From positions 32,001-96,000 of the IMG/VR virus record IMGVR_UViG_3300010430_000007: a DNA stretch of 64,000 nt. One strand, given 5' to 3'. The DNA comes from a virus. The position numbers were made by a program, and so were the translations under genes. The first letter of the stretch is position 1; every line of letters begins with the position of its first letter. Shown here in pieces: positions 55,155-64,000 of the stretch. The notes below the pieces were generated by a model. That model was not told the DNA's origin and did not search any database. It saw nothing but the letters and a program-made list of their open reading frames with translations.

Positions 55155-56158
55155 TGGCTACTAAAGCACAAATAGATAAAGCAAAACAAACATTATTATT
55201 AGAAGACTATCAAATAATGAAACCAAATGAATTAAAGTGCATTTGCTGTGGTAAGACACGTAGCGTTTGGGAATCTTCAAATTGGATAATGTCAAATTCT
55301 CCTTTGCATAAAGGAAATGAAGCATTATACAAATGGAAGCCAAAAGACAAAGACCCAGAGACTAGAATGCAATCGTTTGCACCAACTTGTAGAAGATGTA
55401 TAGAAGGAATATATTTAAAAGACGCAGATTTGCCAGATTTAATAGAATCACTTAGAATACTTGATAAGCCATATAAAAAAGATATATGGGATAAAATAGT
55501 ATCTGAAAAAGGACATAGAATGAAGCCTATAAGTATGTTAGGTGAGTATAATAGCAATCTAATGATGAATCATAGGGATGAAACATTTAAAGATAGTGAT
55601 GACTATTCAGATGAAAACTCAAAAGTAGAAAGTTTTGATACAGACGGAACATTCCTTAAAAAACGTGAAAAAAAAGAAGCTGTAATGAGATGGGGAGTCA
55701 ATTGGACTGAATTTGAACTTATGAAACTTGAAGAATTTTATCATAACATGAAAAGAGCTAATAAGATAGAGACACCACAAGATGAGGATTATCTAAAAAA
55801 ACTAGCAAGACTATCGGTTAAAATCGATAATGCGTTAGATGGAGGAGACGGAAACCCAAAACAATTGGGAGACTTGTATTCTAAGTTTATGACAGATTCG
55901 AAATTTAGAGCAATGGATATGACAGACGCAGATAAACAGGGTGGAATTAGAACCTTTAGTCAAATATACGCAGAAGTAGAGTCTCCTGACTTTATTCCTC
56001 CTTGGGAAAAGTATGCTAAATTTTTAAATGTAGGTCAGGATTTAATAGACAAGACAATAATGCATATAGAAAACTTTACTCTAAGGTTTAATAATGCTGA
56101 AAGAATGGCGATGCCACCTGACAATACTCCTAAAAATGGAGATGATTTAGATGAGTAG
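55154..56158 (+). CDS. Probable terminase small subunit / YonG-like protein
   Basis: N-terminal CICCG...CRRC Zn finger; overlaps the terL start; synteny. Confidence 0.55.
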   Translation: MATKAQIDKAKQTLLLEDYQIMKPNELKCICCGKTRSVWESSNWIMSNSPLHKGNEALYKWKPKDKDPETRMQSFAPTCRRCIEGIYLKDADLPDLIESLRILDKPYKKDIWDKIVSEKGHRMKPISMLGEYNSNLMMNHRDETFKDSDDYSDENSKVESFDTDGTFLKKREKKEAVMRWGVNWTEFELMKLEEFYHNMKRANKIETPQDEDYLKKLARLSVKIDNALDGGDGNPKQLGDLYSKFMTDSKFRAMDMTDADKQGGIRTFSQIYAEVESPDFIPPWEKYAKFLNVGQDLIDKTIMHIENFTLRFNNAERMAMPPDNTPKNGDDLDE

Positions 56159-57938
56159 TTTTTTAAACTTTTCAAAAAAAGACAGAAGTAAAAAAGACAG
56201 TGATTATAGTTATAATCCACAGAATATAGAAAATAGAAAAGTAAACGAACAACAACTAGAGGGATTTGAAAAAGTAAGAGATAAGTGGACTATGCTTTGT
56301 AGTTATTTCAGAAGATATCCAGACCATTTTTTAGATATGATACAGCCAGAAGACGCAAAAATAAAATTATATTGGTATCAAAGGATTTATCTTAGAATAA
56401 TATTTAGATATAGAAAAGTTTTTCTGACCGCAACACGTGGTACTTCTAAATCTTTTTTATTGAACTTAGCATTTGTGTTGCTGTGTATAATGTTCCCACG
56501 GACTAAATTGTTCACTACCGCCGTCGGAAAAGAGCAAGCCGCAAAAATAACCCAAGAATGTTTAGATGACATTTTTGAATTCTATCCTCTGTTGAGAAAA
56601 GAAATTAAAACATATACTGCAAGTAAAGATTACACCAAATTGGTATTCTATAATGGAAGTAAGTATGATGTTGTACAAATGAGGGATTCTACTCGTGGTG
56701 GTAGAAGAAACGGTGGTTCAATAGAAGAAATTTGCGATAAGAAATTTGATGGGGATATGTTGAATGCAGTAGTTATTCCATTAATGGCTAATGATAGAGT
56801 TGCAATGTGTGGTAAAGTAGACCCAAATGAAGTACACAAGAGAGAAATATATATAACAACCGCATCAACAAAACAACAGTTTGCTTATGAAAAAGTATGC
56901 GAGATAATGTCTGATATGATAAATGGCTCTTCCGCATTTTGCTTTGGAAACTCATATGAATTGCCTTGTCTGTATGGGCAGTTGGACATAGATTTTATAG
57001 AGGAAAAAAGAGAGTCTCCAACTTATAGTATACTAGATTTTATGAGAGAATATGAGTCAATTTATACTGGTTCGAACTCAGACAGTTTGGTTTCAGATGA
57101 CAAGCTTAGAAAATGCAGAATTGTAAAGAATGCTGAATGGGAGCATTGTGGAGACAAGAATGTAGATTATGTATTAGCTTATGACGTATCTCGTAACGAA
57201 GGCGATGAAAATGCATTATCTGCCCTTGTTGTAATAAAAATAACTAGAAGTGGCAATAAGTATATAAAAGAAGTTGTTAATATATTTTCAATGGAAGGTC
57301 AACATGATACTTGGCAAGCAAAATTTTTAAAAGATAAAGTAAGAGACTTTGAGGCTAGGATACTTGTAATTGACGCAAACGGCATAGGTTCGGGAGTTGT
57401 TGACCAGCTTGTATTAGATTTAGATGATGGGAATCCACCTTATAAAGTAGTAAATGACGAAAAAGAACAGTGGAAAAGATATGAATCACCAGATGGAATT
57501 CCGGTGGTGTTTGCATTAAAAGCCCAAAATAAAGAAACTAAAAACAGCGACATGATTAACCATTTTATGAAGTTATTTAATAAACTAGATGTTGGATTGT
57601 TAATTTCACCACATGAAGGAATCAAAGAGTTAGAAAAGAAAAGAAGAAAGAGATTTTCAGAAGATGAATCTGAAGAACGAGCTATAGCTGAAATTCCGTA
57701 TATATTAACAAACCTGCTATCAGAAGAGATAATGAACTTAAGATATAAACAAAAAGGAAATTCAACAGAAGTGGAGAGAGTGTCTAGGAGAATTCCTAAA
57801 GATAAGTTTTCTGCACTGCTATATGGTTTATTTTGGATTCATTTGCAGGAAAGAGAATTTAGAATAGCAAAAAAATCATCATTTGATGTATCAAAATTAG
57901 TAGGTGTAATGAAAACACCTAACTTAAGAAAAAGATAA
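56151..57938 (+). CDS. terL: Terminase large subunit
   Basis: Walker A-like ATRGTSKS, GGRRNGGSIEE, ITTAS coupling motif, nuclease LAYDVSR and KDKFSALLYG. Confidence 0.93.
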   Translation: MSSFLNFSKKDRSKKDSDYSYNPQNIENRKVNEQQLEGFEKVRDKWTMLCSYFRRYPDHFLDMIQPEDAKIKLYWYQRIYLRIIFRYRKVFLTATRGTSKSFLLNLAFVLLCIMFPRTKLFTTAVGKEQAAKITQECLDDIFEFYPLLRKEIKTYTASKDYTKLVFYNGSKYDVVQMRDSTRGGRRNGGSIEEICDKKFDGDMLNAVVIPLMANDRVAMCGKVDPNEVHKREIYITTASTKQQFAYEKVCEIMSDMINGSSAFCFGNSYELPCLYGQLDIDFIEEKRESPTYSILDFMREYESIYTGSNSDSLVSDDKLRKCRIVKNAEWEHCGDKNVDYVLAYDVSRNEGDENALSALVVIKITRSGNKYIKEVVNIFSMEGQHDTWQAKFLKDKVRDFEARILVIDANGIGSGVVDQLVLDLDDGNPPYKVVNDEKEQWKRYESPDGIPVVFALKAQNKETKNSDMINHFMKLFNKLDVGLLISPHEGIKELEKKRRKRFSEDESEERAIAEIPYILTNLLSEEIMNLRYKQKGNSTEVERVSRRIPKDKFSALLYGLFWIHLQEREFRIAKKSSFDVSKLVGVMKTPNLRKR

Positions 57939-57963
57939 TATTTAATTATAAGGAGGTGAGGTT

Positions 57964-59514
57964 ATGGTAGACCTCGATAGATTCAGGTCTCAATTCCGAA
58001 CCACTGAAGAATATGATGAGTTCTGCGATAAGGTAAGCAATAAATTTGTAAAGCTTGCAAAAATGATAAAGTCAGATATGGCTATCAGAAAAGATACTAA
58101 AACTTACTTTACAAAAGTTAAAAAAGAAGAAGTAATCAAATGGATTCAAAAGCCTGAGAATTACGAAAAACAACTTCGTGACCTATTCATTGGAATGTAC
58201 ACTCAAAGTACACACTTTAGAAGATTGGTAAATTATTTTGCACATATGGGAGTTGACTCCGCATACTCACTAGAACAATACAAGGTTTCATTGGACACTT
58301 CTAAAATAAACAAAAGGACTTTCAAAAAGGTTTATGAAGACCACTTATCACTTTTAGATGTGATGAGTATAGAACATGAGTATAAAAAAATAAAAGAACA
58401 GCTTTGGATTACTGGTATCTATTATGGATACGAAAGAAAGACAGAGAACTCGTATTTTATAAAAATGCTTGACCCAGATTATTGTAGAATAAATGGTATA
58501 ATTGATGGTTGTTATGTGTATCAATTTAACTTCGCATATTTTGATTCAAGACTAGAAGAACTAGAGAGTTTTCCAATTGAATTTAAGACAAAATACGACA
58601 ATTACAGAAAAGGTAAGGACACTACTTCAAGAGGTAGAAATAAATCAGTAGATGATTACCAGTGGCAAGATGTTAGTCCAGAAAACTCTATTTGTATGAA
58701 GCTAGACGAAACTATTGATTATATTGCACCTCCATTCACTGGATTGATTTTAGATATTTATGATATCCAAGATTATAAAGAACTTAAAAAAGCTAAAGAA
58801 GAGTTGCAAAATTACGGATTGTTCATTGGTAAAATACCATTGAATGATAAGTCTGGAAACCCCGATGAGTTTTTACTTTCTCTTGATACGGCTATTGAGT
58901 TTGGAAATAAGTTTTCATCATCATTGCCAGACCAAGTTGGGTTTGCACTTTCTGTATATAGCGATGTAACATATGAGAAAATGGCTGATAGTGCGTCACA
59001 AGACAAAAACTCTGTATCTGAAGCTGAAAAGGCGTTATGGGATGCGGCAGGTGTAAATCAAAATATGTTCAGTGGGGAAGCTAAAACAGAAGGCACACTA
59101 GCATTTAGTGTTAAGACGGACGAATCTGATACATTCTCAATCAATAGGCAGTTTGAACGTTGGGTTAATAGAAAGTTTAAATATGAGTTTGAGAACAGAA
59201 AATGGCTATTTGCTTTTAAATTCTTAGATGTAACTATCTATAACTACAAAGAGAAGTTTGCTCAATATAAACAAGCTGTGGAAAAAGGAGCTCCATATAA
59301 AATTGAATTAATGGGATGTTTGGGTCACACACCTTCTTCTGTAATTGGGAAGTCGTTCTTAGAATCAGAAGTTTTAGACTTAAATAGTTTATGGATTCCG
59401 CCTATGCAATCATCTGTAATGAGTGGGAGTTCAGATAATGTTCCAAATAGACCAACGAAAGAAGATACTGATAATGGAACAGCACCAAGCTCTGGCACGG
59501 ACGGTGGTGAATAA
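57964..59514 (+). CDS. Portal protein (YonE-like)
   Basis: 516 aa directly after terL; LDPDYC..., PPFTG, FERWVN motifs typical of SPbeta-like portals. Confidence 0.82.
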   Translation: MVDLDRFRSQFRTTEEYDEFCDKVSNKFVKLAKMIKSDMAIRKDTKTYFTKVKKEEVIKWIQKPENYEKQLRDLFIGMYTQSTHFRRLVNYFAHMGVDSAYSLEQYKVSLDTSKINKRTFKKVYEDHLSLLDVMSIEHEYKKIKEQLWITGIYYGYERKTENSYFIKMLDPDYCRINGIIDGCYVYQFNFAYFDSRLEELESFPIEFKTKYDNYRKGKDTTSRGRNKSVDDYQWQDVSPENSICMKLDETIDYIAPPFTGLILDIYDIQDYKELKKAKEELQNYGLFIGKIPLNDKSGNPDEFLLSLDTAIEFGNKFSSSLPDQVGFALSVYSDVTYEKMADSASQDKNSVSEAEKALWDAAGVNQNMFSGEAKTEGTLAFSVKTDESDTFSINRQFERWVNRKFKYEFENRKWLFAFKFLDVTIYNYKEKFAQYKQAVEKGAPYKIELMGCLGHTPSSVIGKSFLESEVLDLNSLWIPPMQSSVMSGSSDNVPNRPTKEDTDNGTAPSSGTDGGE

Positions 59515-59692
59515 TATGATTATTATGTGTAGTGATAAAGACACTATTAAAAAATTAGAAGCTATGGGATATAAGTCTTTTAATAAAAATAGTGACATTG
59601 TTCAATTTATGGTTCCGGAAAGTATAGATAAAATGAGTTTTGATAACGAAATCTCTTCCAAGATTTTGTTTACAAATAAAATGAAGTTTTAA
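59515..59692 (+). CDS. Small hypothetical protein
   Basis: ATG just after the portal stop (MIIMCSDKD...); start approximate. Confidence 0.55.
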
Positions 59693-59769
59693 TAAATAGA
59701 GGTTATGGCTTGTCGTGATGATAACCCCTCTAACCTCTCATTATTTTTACAATGAGAGGTATTAAATAT

Positions 59770-60714
59770 ATGAATAAAACAGAAGAATTTAAATTAAAAC
59801 TACAAGCAGAGCAGGGTGAATTATATAAAAAAATAAAAATATGCGGTGAATATTTAAACATAAAAACAAAAATTCCAGTTACCACAAAATATGGCGAGTG
59901 CTTGAGCACTCCTGATAATTTATTAAAAGGCAAGTTTCCAAGTATAAGTAGTGCACTTGATAAAAATTTTTATTTTTTAAATCAAGCAATTGAAGTTCAT
60001 GGAAATTTATACGACTATTCCAAAGTAAAATATATAGATGCACATACAAAAATTAAGATTATATGCCATAAACATGGCGAATTCAGTCAATCTCCAACAA
60101 GCCACTTGAGCGGTAATGGGTGCAGTCGTTGTGCAAATGAGTTGTTATCTGAAAGATTGAAGAGTAATAGTGATGATTTTATAAAAAAAGCTAAGTTAAT
60201 TCATGGTGATAAATATGACTATTCAAAAGTTAACTACACAAAAAGTAATAAAAAAGTTTGTATAATCTGTTCTATACATGGAGAGTTTTGGCAAACTCCA
60301 GACAATCATTTATCTGGATATAATTGTAAAAAATGTGGGTCGGAAACTTATAACAAAGGAATGTTTGGCGGATATAATATAAAAATAGCAAACAGAAACA
60401 AAGAAGAAATGTCTAATCTTGAATCAACAATCTATATTATAAAATGTTTTAATGAGAATGAAAATTTTTATAAAATTGGAATAACGACAAAGCCTATATC
60501 CGTTAGGTTTGACAGTAAACACGCTATGCCTTATGATTATACAATTATTATGATGTATAATAAAAACCTTTATGATGCTATAAAAATTGAAGATATTCTT
60601 CATAGTATTCATAGTTCATATTCATATAAGCCACAAAATAAATTTAGTGGATGGACAGAATGTTTTTTACAGATAAATAAGAAGAAAATAGAGGAGGTGA
60701 TTCGTGTTGGATAA
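59770..60714 (+). CDS. Homing endonuclease: YDYSKV/CHKHG repeats plus C-terminal GIY-YIG-like (MUG113/T5orf172) domain
   Basis: TIYIIK...FYKIGIT...RF, IEDILH, GWTECF; RBS GAGAGG supports ATG 59770. Confidence 0.8.
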   Translation: MNKTEEFKLKLQAEQGELYKKIKICGEYLNIKTKIPVTTKYGECLSTPDNLLKGKFPSISSALDKNFYFLNQAIEVHGNLYDYSKVKYIDAHTKIKIICHKHGEFSQSPTSHLSGNGCSRCANELLSERLKSNSDDFIKKAKLIHGDKYDYSKVNYTKSNKKVCIICSIHGEFWQTPDNHLSGYNCKKCGSETYNKGMFGGYNIKIANRNKEEMSNLESTIYIIKCFNENENFYKIGITTKPISVRFDSKHAMPYDYTIIMMYNKNLYDAIKIEDILHSIHSSYSYKPQNKFSGWTECFLQINKKKIEEVIRVG

Positions 60715-61939
60715 AATAAAATTTGAAGCAAATATAGATGTAAAATCTATCGAGAAATTAAACAGTGAATTTTCTATAGCAAAAGCTTATATTATGTATC
60801 ATGGAGATAACAGAAATAATAGCAGTATGTCAAAAGAAGTTGTTGAAAAAGCTTTACCTACAATCTATAACGTTCCAGTTATCGGAGAGTTTATAGAAAA
60901 GAAAGAAGATTTTGGTGGACATGGCGGAAAAATTATTATCTCAGGTGAAGGGATAGAATACGTACAGACTACAGTTCCATTTGGAGTATTGCCTGAATCT
61001 GCGAATCCAAGATGGGAAATGATTACACATGAAGATGGTGAAGAAAAAGAATATTTAGTTGCAGACATCATTCTTTGGTCTGGAAGATACAAAGAGTTAG
61101 ATGTGACTATAGAAGAATATTCTCAGCAAAGCATGGAAATAAACATTGGAAAAGGCGACTTTAATCAAGATGGAGTATTTGTCATTGACGAATTTGAATT
61201 CTCAGCACTATGTTTATTAGGGTTAGATGTGGAGCCATGTTTCGAAGAAAGTAAAATTGTTACTTATTCAATAGATGAATTCAAAACTGAAATGGATTTA
61301 TTTATGAGTAGATATAAAGAATTTAAAAATGAAAGAAAGGAGCTTGTTATGGAAGACTTGAAAGAGTTCGAAGTTGAAACATCTGATGAAGTTGTAGAAT
61401 CACAAGAAACTGAAGAAACAGTTGCTGATGTTGAAACTGAAGAAAAATTTGAAGAAAATTCTAACACAGAAGAAACAGTGGAAGTTGCTGAAGAAACTGT
61501 AGAGGAAACTACTGAAGAAGTCTTCGAAGAAACTGTAGAATCAGATACTAACGAGGAAACTCAAGTAGAGGAAGACTACAAGGTTCTTTATGAAGATTTA
61601 AAATTAGAGTTTGACACACTAAAAGCTGATAATGAAAAAGTAGTTGAAGAATTAAATTCTTACAAATTAAAAGAAAGAGAAGAAGCTGAATCTGAAATTT
61701 TCAGTCAGTACGAAGAATCATTAAGCGGAAATGCTGAATTTGATGCATTAAAAGAGAAATCAAGTGATTATTCATTAGTTGACTTAGAAAAAGAATTAGC
61801 TTTAATCTATGTGAAATCTAACAATGCATTCACTAAAAAGGATAGCAAAAAAGATTCACTTGTTGTTGAAAAATTCAGTAAAAAAGAAGAGAAGTCTGAA
61901 TCACGTTACGGTGATTTATTCGAAAAACATGGAAAATAA
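60704..61939 (+). CDS. Prohead protease/scaffold (YonD-like)
   Basis: GDNRNNS, SMEI, FSALCLLG...PCFE N-terminal domain; very acidic C-terminal scaffold region; position between portal and capsid. Confidence 0.78.
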   Translation: MLDKIKFEANIDVKSIEKLNSEFSIAKAYIMYHGDNRNNSSMSKEVVEKALPTIYNVPVIGEFIEKKEDFGGHGGKIIISGEGIEYVQTTVPFGVLPESANPRWEMITHEDGEEKEYLVADIILWSGRYKELDVTIEEYSQQSMEINIGKGDFNQDGVFVIDEFEFSALCLLGLDVEPCFEESKIVTYSIDEFKTEMDLFMSRYKEFKNERKELVMEDLKEFEVETSDEVVESQETEETVADVETEEKFEENSNTEETVEVAEETVEETTEEVFEETVESDTNEETQVEEDYKVLYEDLKLEFDTLKADNEKVVEELNSYKLKEREEAESEIFSQYEESLSGNAEFDALKEKSSDYSLVDLEKELALIYVKSNNAFTKKDSKKDSLVVEKFSKKEEKSESRYGDLFEKHGK

Positions 61940-61954
61940 TAGGAGGAATATATT

Positions 61955-62497
61955 ATGGCAACATATCCAATTTTTGTAGCAGAGAGTATGGAGTCTACGC
62001 ATGACGCAAATTTACTTCGTGCAGGTAGATATCAAGTAACAGGTACTGATACTGTAGTTAACAACGGTGGTTTAGCTAAACTTAATGGCTTTGCAACTGG
62101 CGAACGTGACCTTTATAAATGCATCGCACCTGCGGCAATTACAGATGTAAATCTTTACATCATTGACGCGGCTGAAGTTATTTATTCAGAAGAAGTAACA
62201 AGAGGTCTTGATGAGTTTCAAGTACAAGCAGGTCAAAACACTAGATTAAGAAGACCTCGTGTCGGAGACAGATTTTCTCTTTCTTCAGCAGGAATTACGC
62301 CACTAACAACTGAAGCGGCAATCGCAGTTGGTTCATTCTTAATCCCACAGGCTGGCTCAACTGAAATGGAAGAAGTTGCGGCGGCTGGCGGTACTGAATC
62401 ATTTGTAGCAGAAATCGTAGATACTTACGTTATGGGCTATGATTTGGGCGGTAGAGCAATTAAGATGTTCGGTTGTGAAGTAACGAAAGTATTATAA
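61955..62497 (+). CDS. Capsid decoration/cement protein
   Basis: 180 aa between scaffold and MCP; beta-rich. Confidence 0.6.
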   Translation: MATYPIFVAESMESTHDANLLRAGRYQVTGTDTVVNNGGLAKLNGFATGERDLYKCIAPAAITDVNLYIIDAAEVIYSEEVTRGLDEFQVQAGQNTRLRRPRVGDRFSLSSAGITPLTTEAAIAVGSFLIPQAGSTEMEEVAAAGGTESFVAEIVDTYVMGYDLGGRAIKMFGCEVTKVL

Positions 62498-62527
62498 TTA
62501 TAACATTAGAATTAGGAGGAAGATTAT

Positions 62528-63529
62528 ATGTCTGATAAAAACTATATTGTACAACTTGCCAACGACATTTATACTGGCAAAGTTTCTAGTAAATTTGAGA
62601 ACCAAGACCCTAACGAGGTTTTAAGAAAAGCACTTATTGAAGCCAACGGTGGTTCTGATAAGTTAGATTACAAACAATTAAGAAAAGGTCATGTTACTGG
62701 CTTATTCGAAATCATCGAAGAAATCTTATCTAACAACACTCAACAAGGTTTGTTAAGTAATCCATTCTTCCAGCAATTTGGTGAGTTTAGAGACTTATCA
62801 GCTGGTGATGAAGGTACATTCCATGTGCCAGACAATTCTTTATTCTTAGTATCTGAAACTGCTCATGGCATCAGAACTTCAAGAAGACAAAGAATTAACA
62901 AAGGTAAAAATGTTCCAGTTGATACAAATCCACATTTTGTAGATACTTATGAAGAGATGCGTAGATTGCTTGCTGGACGTATTGACATTGTTGAATTTAT
63001 TGACAAAATGCAACGTTCGATGATTGAAGATAAACTTGCATTAGTTTATGATACGTTCTATGATGGTCTTTCTGAGTTACCTTCTGCATTTGTTGTAAAT
63101 GGTGCTTACGTTGAAGACAAGTTAGTTGACATCGTACAACACGTTCAAGCGGCTACTGAACAACAACCTATTATCGTTGGTACTATGAAAGCTCTTCGTA
63201 AAGTTACAACTGCTGTTGTTTCTGACGAACAGAAAGAATCTGTATATAACTTAGGTTACTACGGTAAGTTTAACGGTACTCCAATGATGATGATTCCTCA
63301 ATCTCATACATTAGACGGAACTTACACATTCAGAATTTCTGATGATGATTTATGGGTTGTAGCTTCTGATACTAAGCCTGTTAAGTTCGTAACTGAAGGC
63401 GATGTAATTATGGAGACTTCTGACATGATGAAAAATGCAGACGGAACTGTTGACATGACAGTTATGGAAGATTATGGTGCTGGTATTGTAATCAACAAAC
63501 TTTACGGTCAATATAGAATTTCGTCGTAA
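62528..63529 (+). CDS. Major capsid protein
   Basis: 333 aa in canonical position, strong RBS, strongly biased codon use, followed by a terminator. Confidence 0.8.
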   Translation: MSDKNYIVQLANDIYTGKVSSKFENQDPNEVLRKALIEANGGSDKLDYKQLRKGHVTGLFEIIEEILSNNTQQGLLSNPFFQQFGEFRDLSAGDEGTFHVPDNSLFLVSETAHGIRTSRRQRINKGKNVPVDTNPHFVDTYEEMRRLLAGRIDIVEFIDKMQRSMIEDKLALVYDTFYDGLSELPSAFVVNGAYVEDKLVDIVQHVQAATEQQPIIVGTMKALRKVTTAVVSDEQKESVYNLGYYGKFNGTPMMMIPQSHTLDGTYTFRISDDDLWVVASDTKPVKFVTEGDVIMETSDMMKNADGTVDMTVMEDYGAGIVINKLYGQYRISS

Positions 63530-63539
63530 TACAAATATG

Positions 63540-63573
63540 ATGGAGCAGGGTGAAATATCTCTGCTCTTGTTTT
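63540..63573 (+). terminator. Probable intrinsic terminator after MCP
   Basis: GAGCAGGG-TGAAATAT-CTCTGCTC then TTGTTTT. Confidence 0.65.
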
Positions 63574-63600
63574 AAATGGAGATAAAAGGAGATTAATGAT

Positions 63601-64000
63601 ATGGCAAAAGTAAAATGTCCAAAGTGTAGCACAATGAACGAAAAAGAAGAATCGGTTTTAATTGGAAAAAGATATTTCTGTCCAGACTGTGTAGGAGAAA
63701 AGAAGACTGAAGAAATCAAAACAGTCGAAAAGGTAAAAGAAGAACCTAAGACTAGAACGATTAAAAAGTTTGAAATGCACGAAGAAGTTCAAGTTGTTTC
63801 ACTTGTAAAAAGAGGAAGTCTTGTATTTGTAGACCATGAAGGAATTATTTATGAATGGAATGATTTCAAAGATGAAAACTGGATTAGTATTAAATCTCTT
63901 ACTCATATGAGAAACAGACACAAAAAATTCTTTACAGAACCTTGGGTCAGAGTGGATGATGATGTTGCAGAATTCTTGAAGATTAAAGTAAATGATAATA
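63601..64000 (+). CDS. Partial ORF (head-associated hypothetical, N-terminal CxxC pairs), runs off the window
   Basis: MAKVKCPKC...YFCPDC..., open to the window end. Confidence 0.7.
   Translation, partial: MAKVKCPKCSTMNEKEESVLIGKRYFCPDCVGEKKTEEIKTVEKVKEEPKTRTIKKFEMHEEVQVVSLVKRGSLVFVDHEGIIYEWNDFKDENWISIKSLTHMRNRHKKFFTEPWVRVDDDVAEFLKIKVNDN

Larger units (their letters stand above)
1..64000. mobile_element. Segment of a large SPbeta-like tailed phage genome (Firmicute host)
   Basis: YonO-like RNAP, HU-like, terminase, portal, prohead protease and capsid genes in SPbeta-like order; dense small ORFs with GGAGG RBS; no host housekeeping genes. Confidence 0.93.

Noticed and set aside
53918-60714. 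Group I/II introns hosting the late-region endonucleases
   Set aside because: Flanking genes end and start cleanly, with no split ORF; no intron core (P7, domain V) recognised. Treated as free-standing endonuclease genes.
316-63719. Short antisense ORFs overlapping real genes (e.g. 316-558, 8945-9211, 24937-25209, 27815-28075, 39535-39855, 46587-46898, 47758-47970, 55210-55557, 63492-63719)
   Set aside because: Shadow ORFs opposite well-supported genes; no RBS, Ser/Phe/Leu-biased.
1-64000. tRNA, rRNA, reverse transcriptase/DGR, integrase or transposase genes
   Set aside because: No cloverleaf with TTCGA/CCA and no RT, integrase or transposase motifs seen by eye; a tRNAscan-SE/HMM run would be needed to exclude them fully.

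Overview
AT-rich 64 kb segment of a large tailed phage of a spore-forming Firmicute, organised like SPbeta-type phages. No host housekeeping genes, tRNAs, rRNAs or CRISPR array were seen. (1) 1-34.3 kb: minus-strand early/accessory region of >80 mostly small ORFs behind many sigmaA-type promoters. It includes RtcB, a CX5R phosphatase, two HNH endonucleases, two LexA-like wHTH paralogs, a nucleoside deoxyribosyltransferase-like protein, a TelA/radical SAM operon and a large N6-methyltransferase fusion. (2) 34.7-42.5 kb: mostly plus-strand early genes and a Rep-like wHTH gene with a repeat-rich downstream locus. (3) 42.5-44.5 kb: non-coding, compositionally mirrored region with seven co-oriented DnaA boxes and a perfect parS palindrome. 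(4) 44.5-64 kb: YonO-type RNA polymerase, HU-like protein, beta-CASP nuclease, phosphoesterase, ClpP-like protein, two homing endonucleases, terminase, portal, prohead protease/scaffold, decoration and major capsid genes. The two most striking unexplained signals are a palindrome WTRAAA-N6-TTTYAW found about 35 times, mostly just after stop codons in the accessory region (cassette-array-like), and the phage-borne oriC/parS mimic. All protein assignments come from motif recognition by eye, not database searches.
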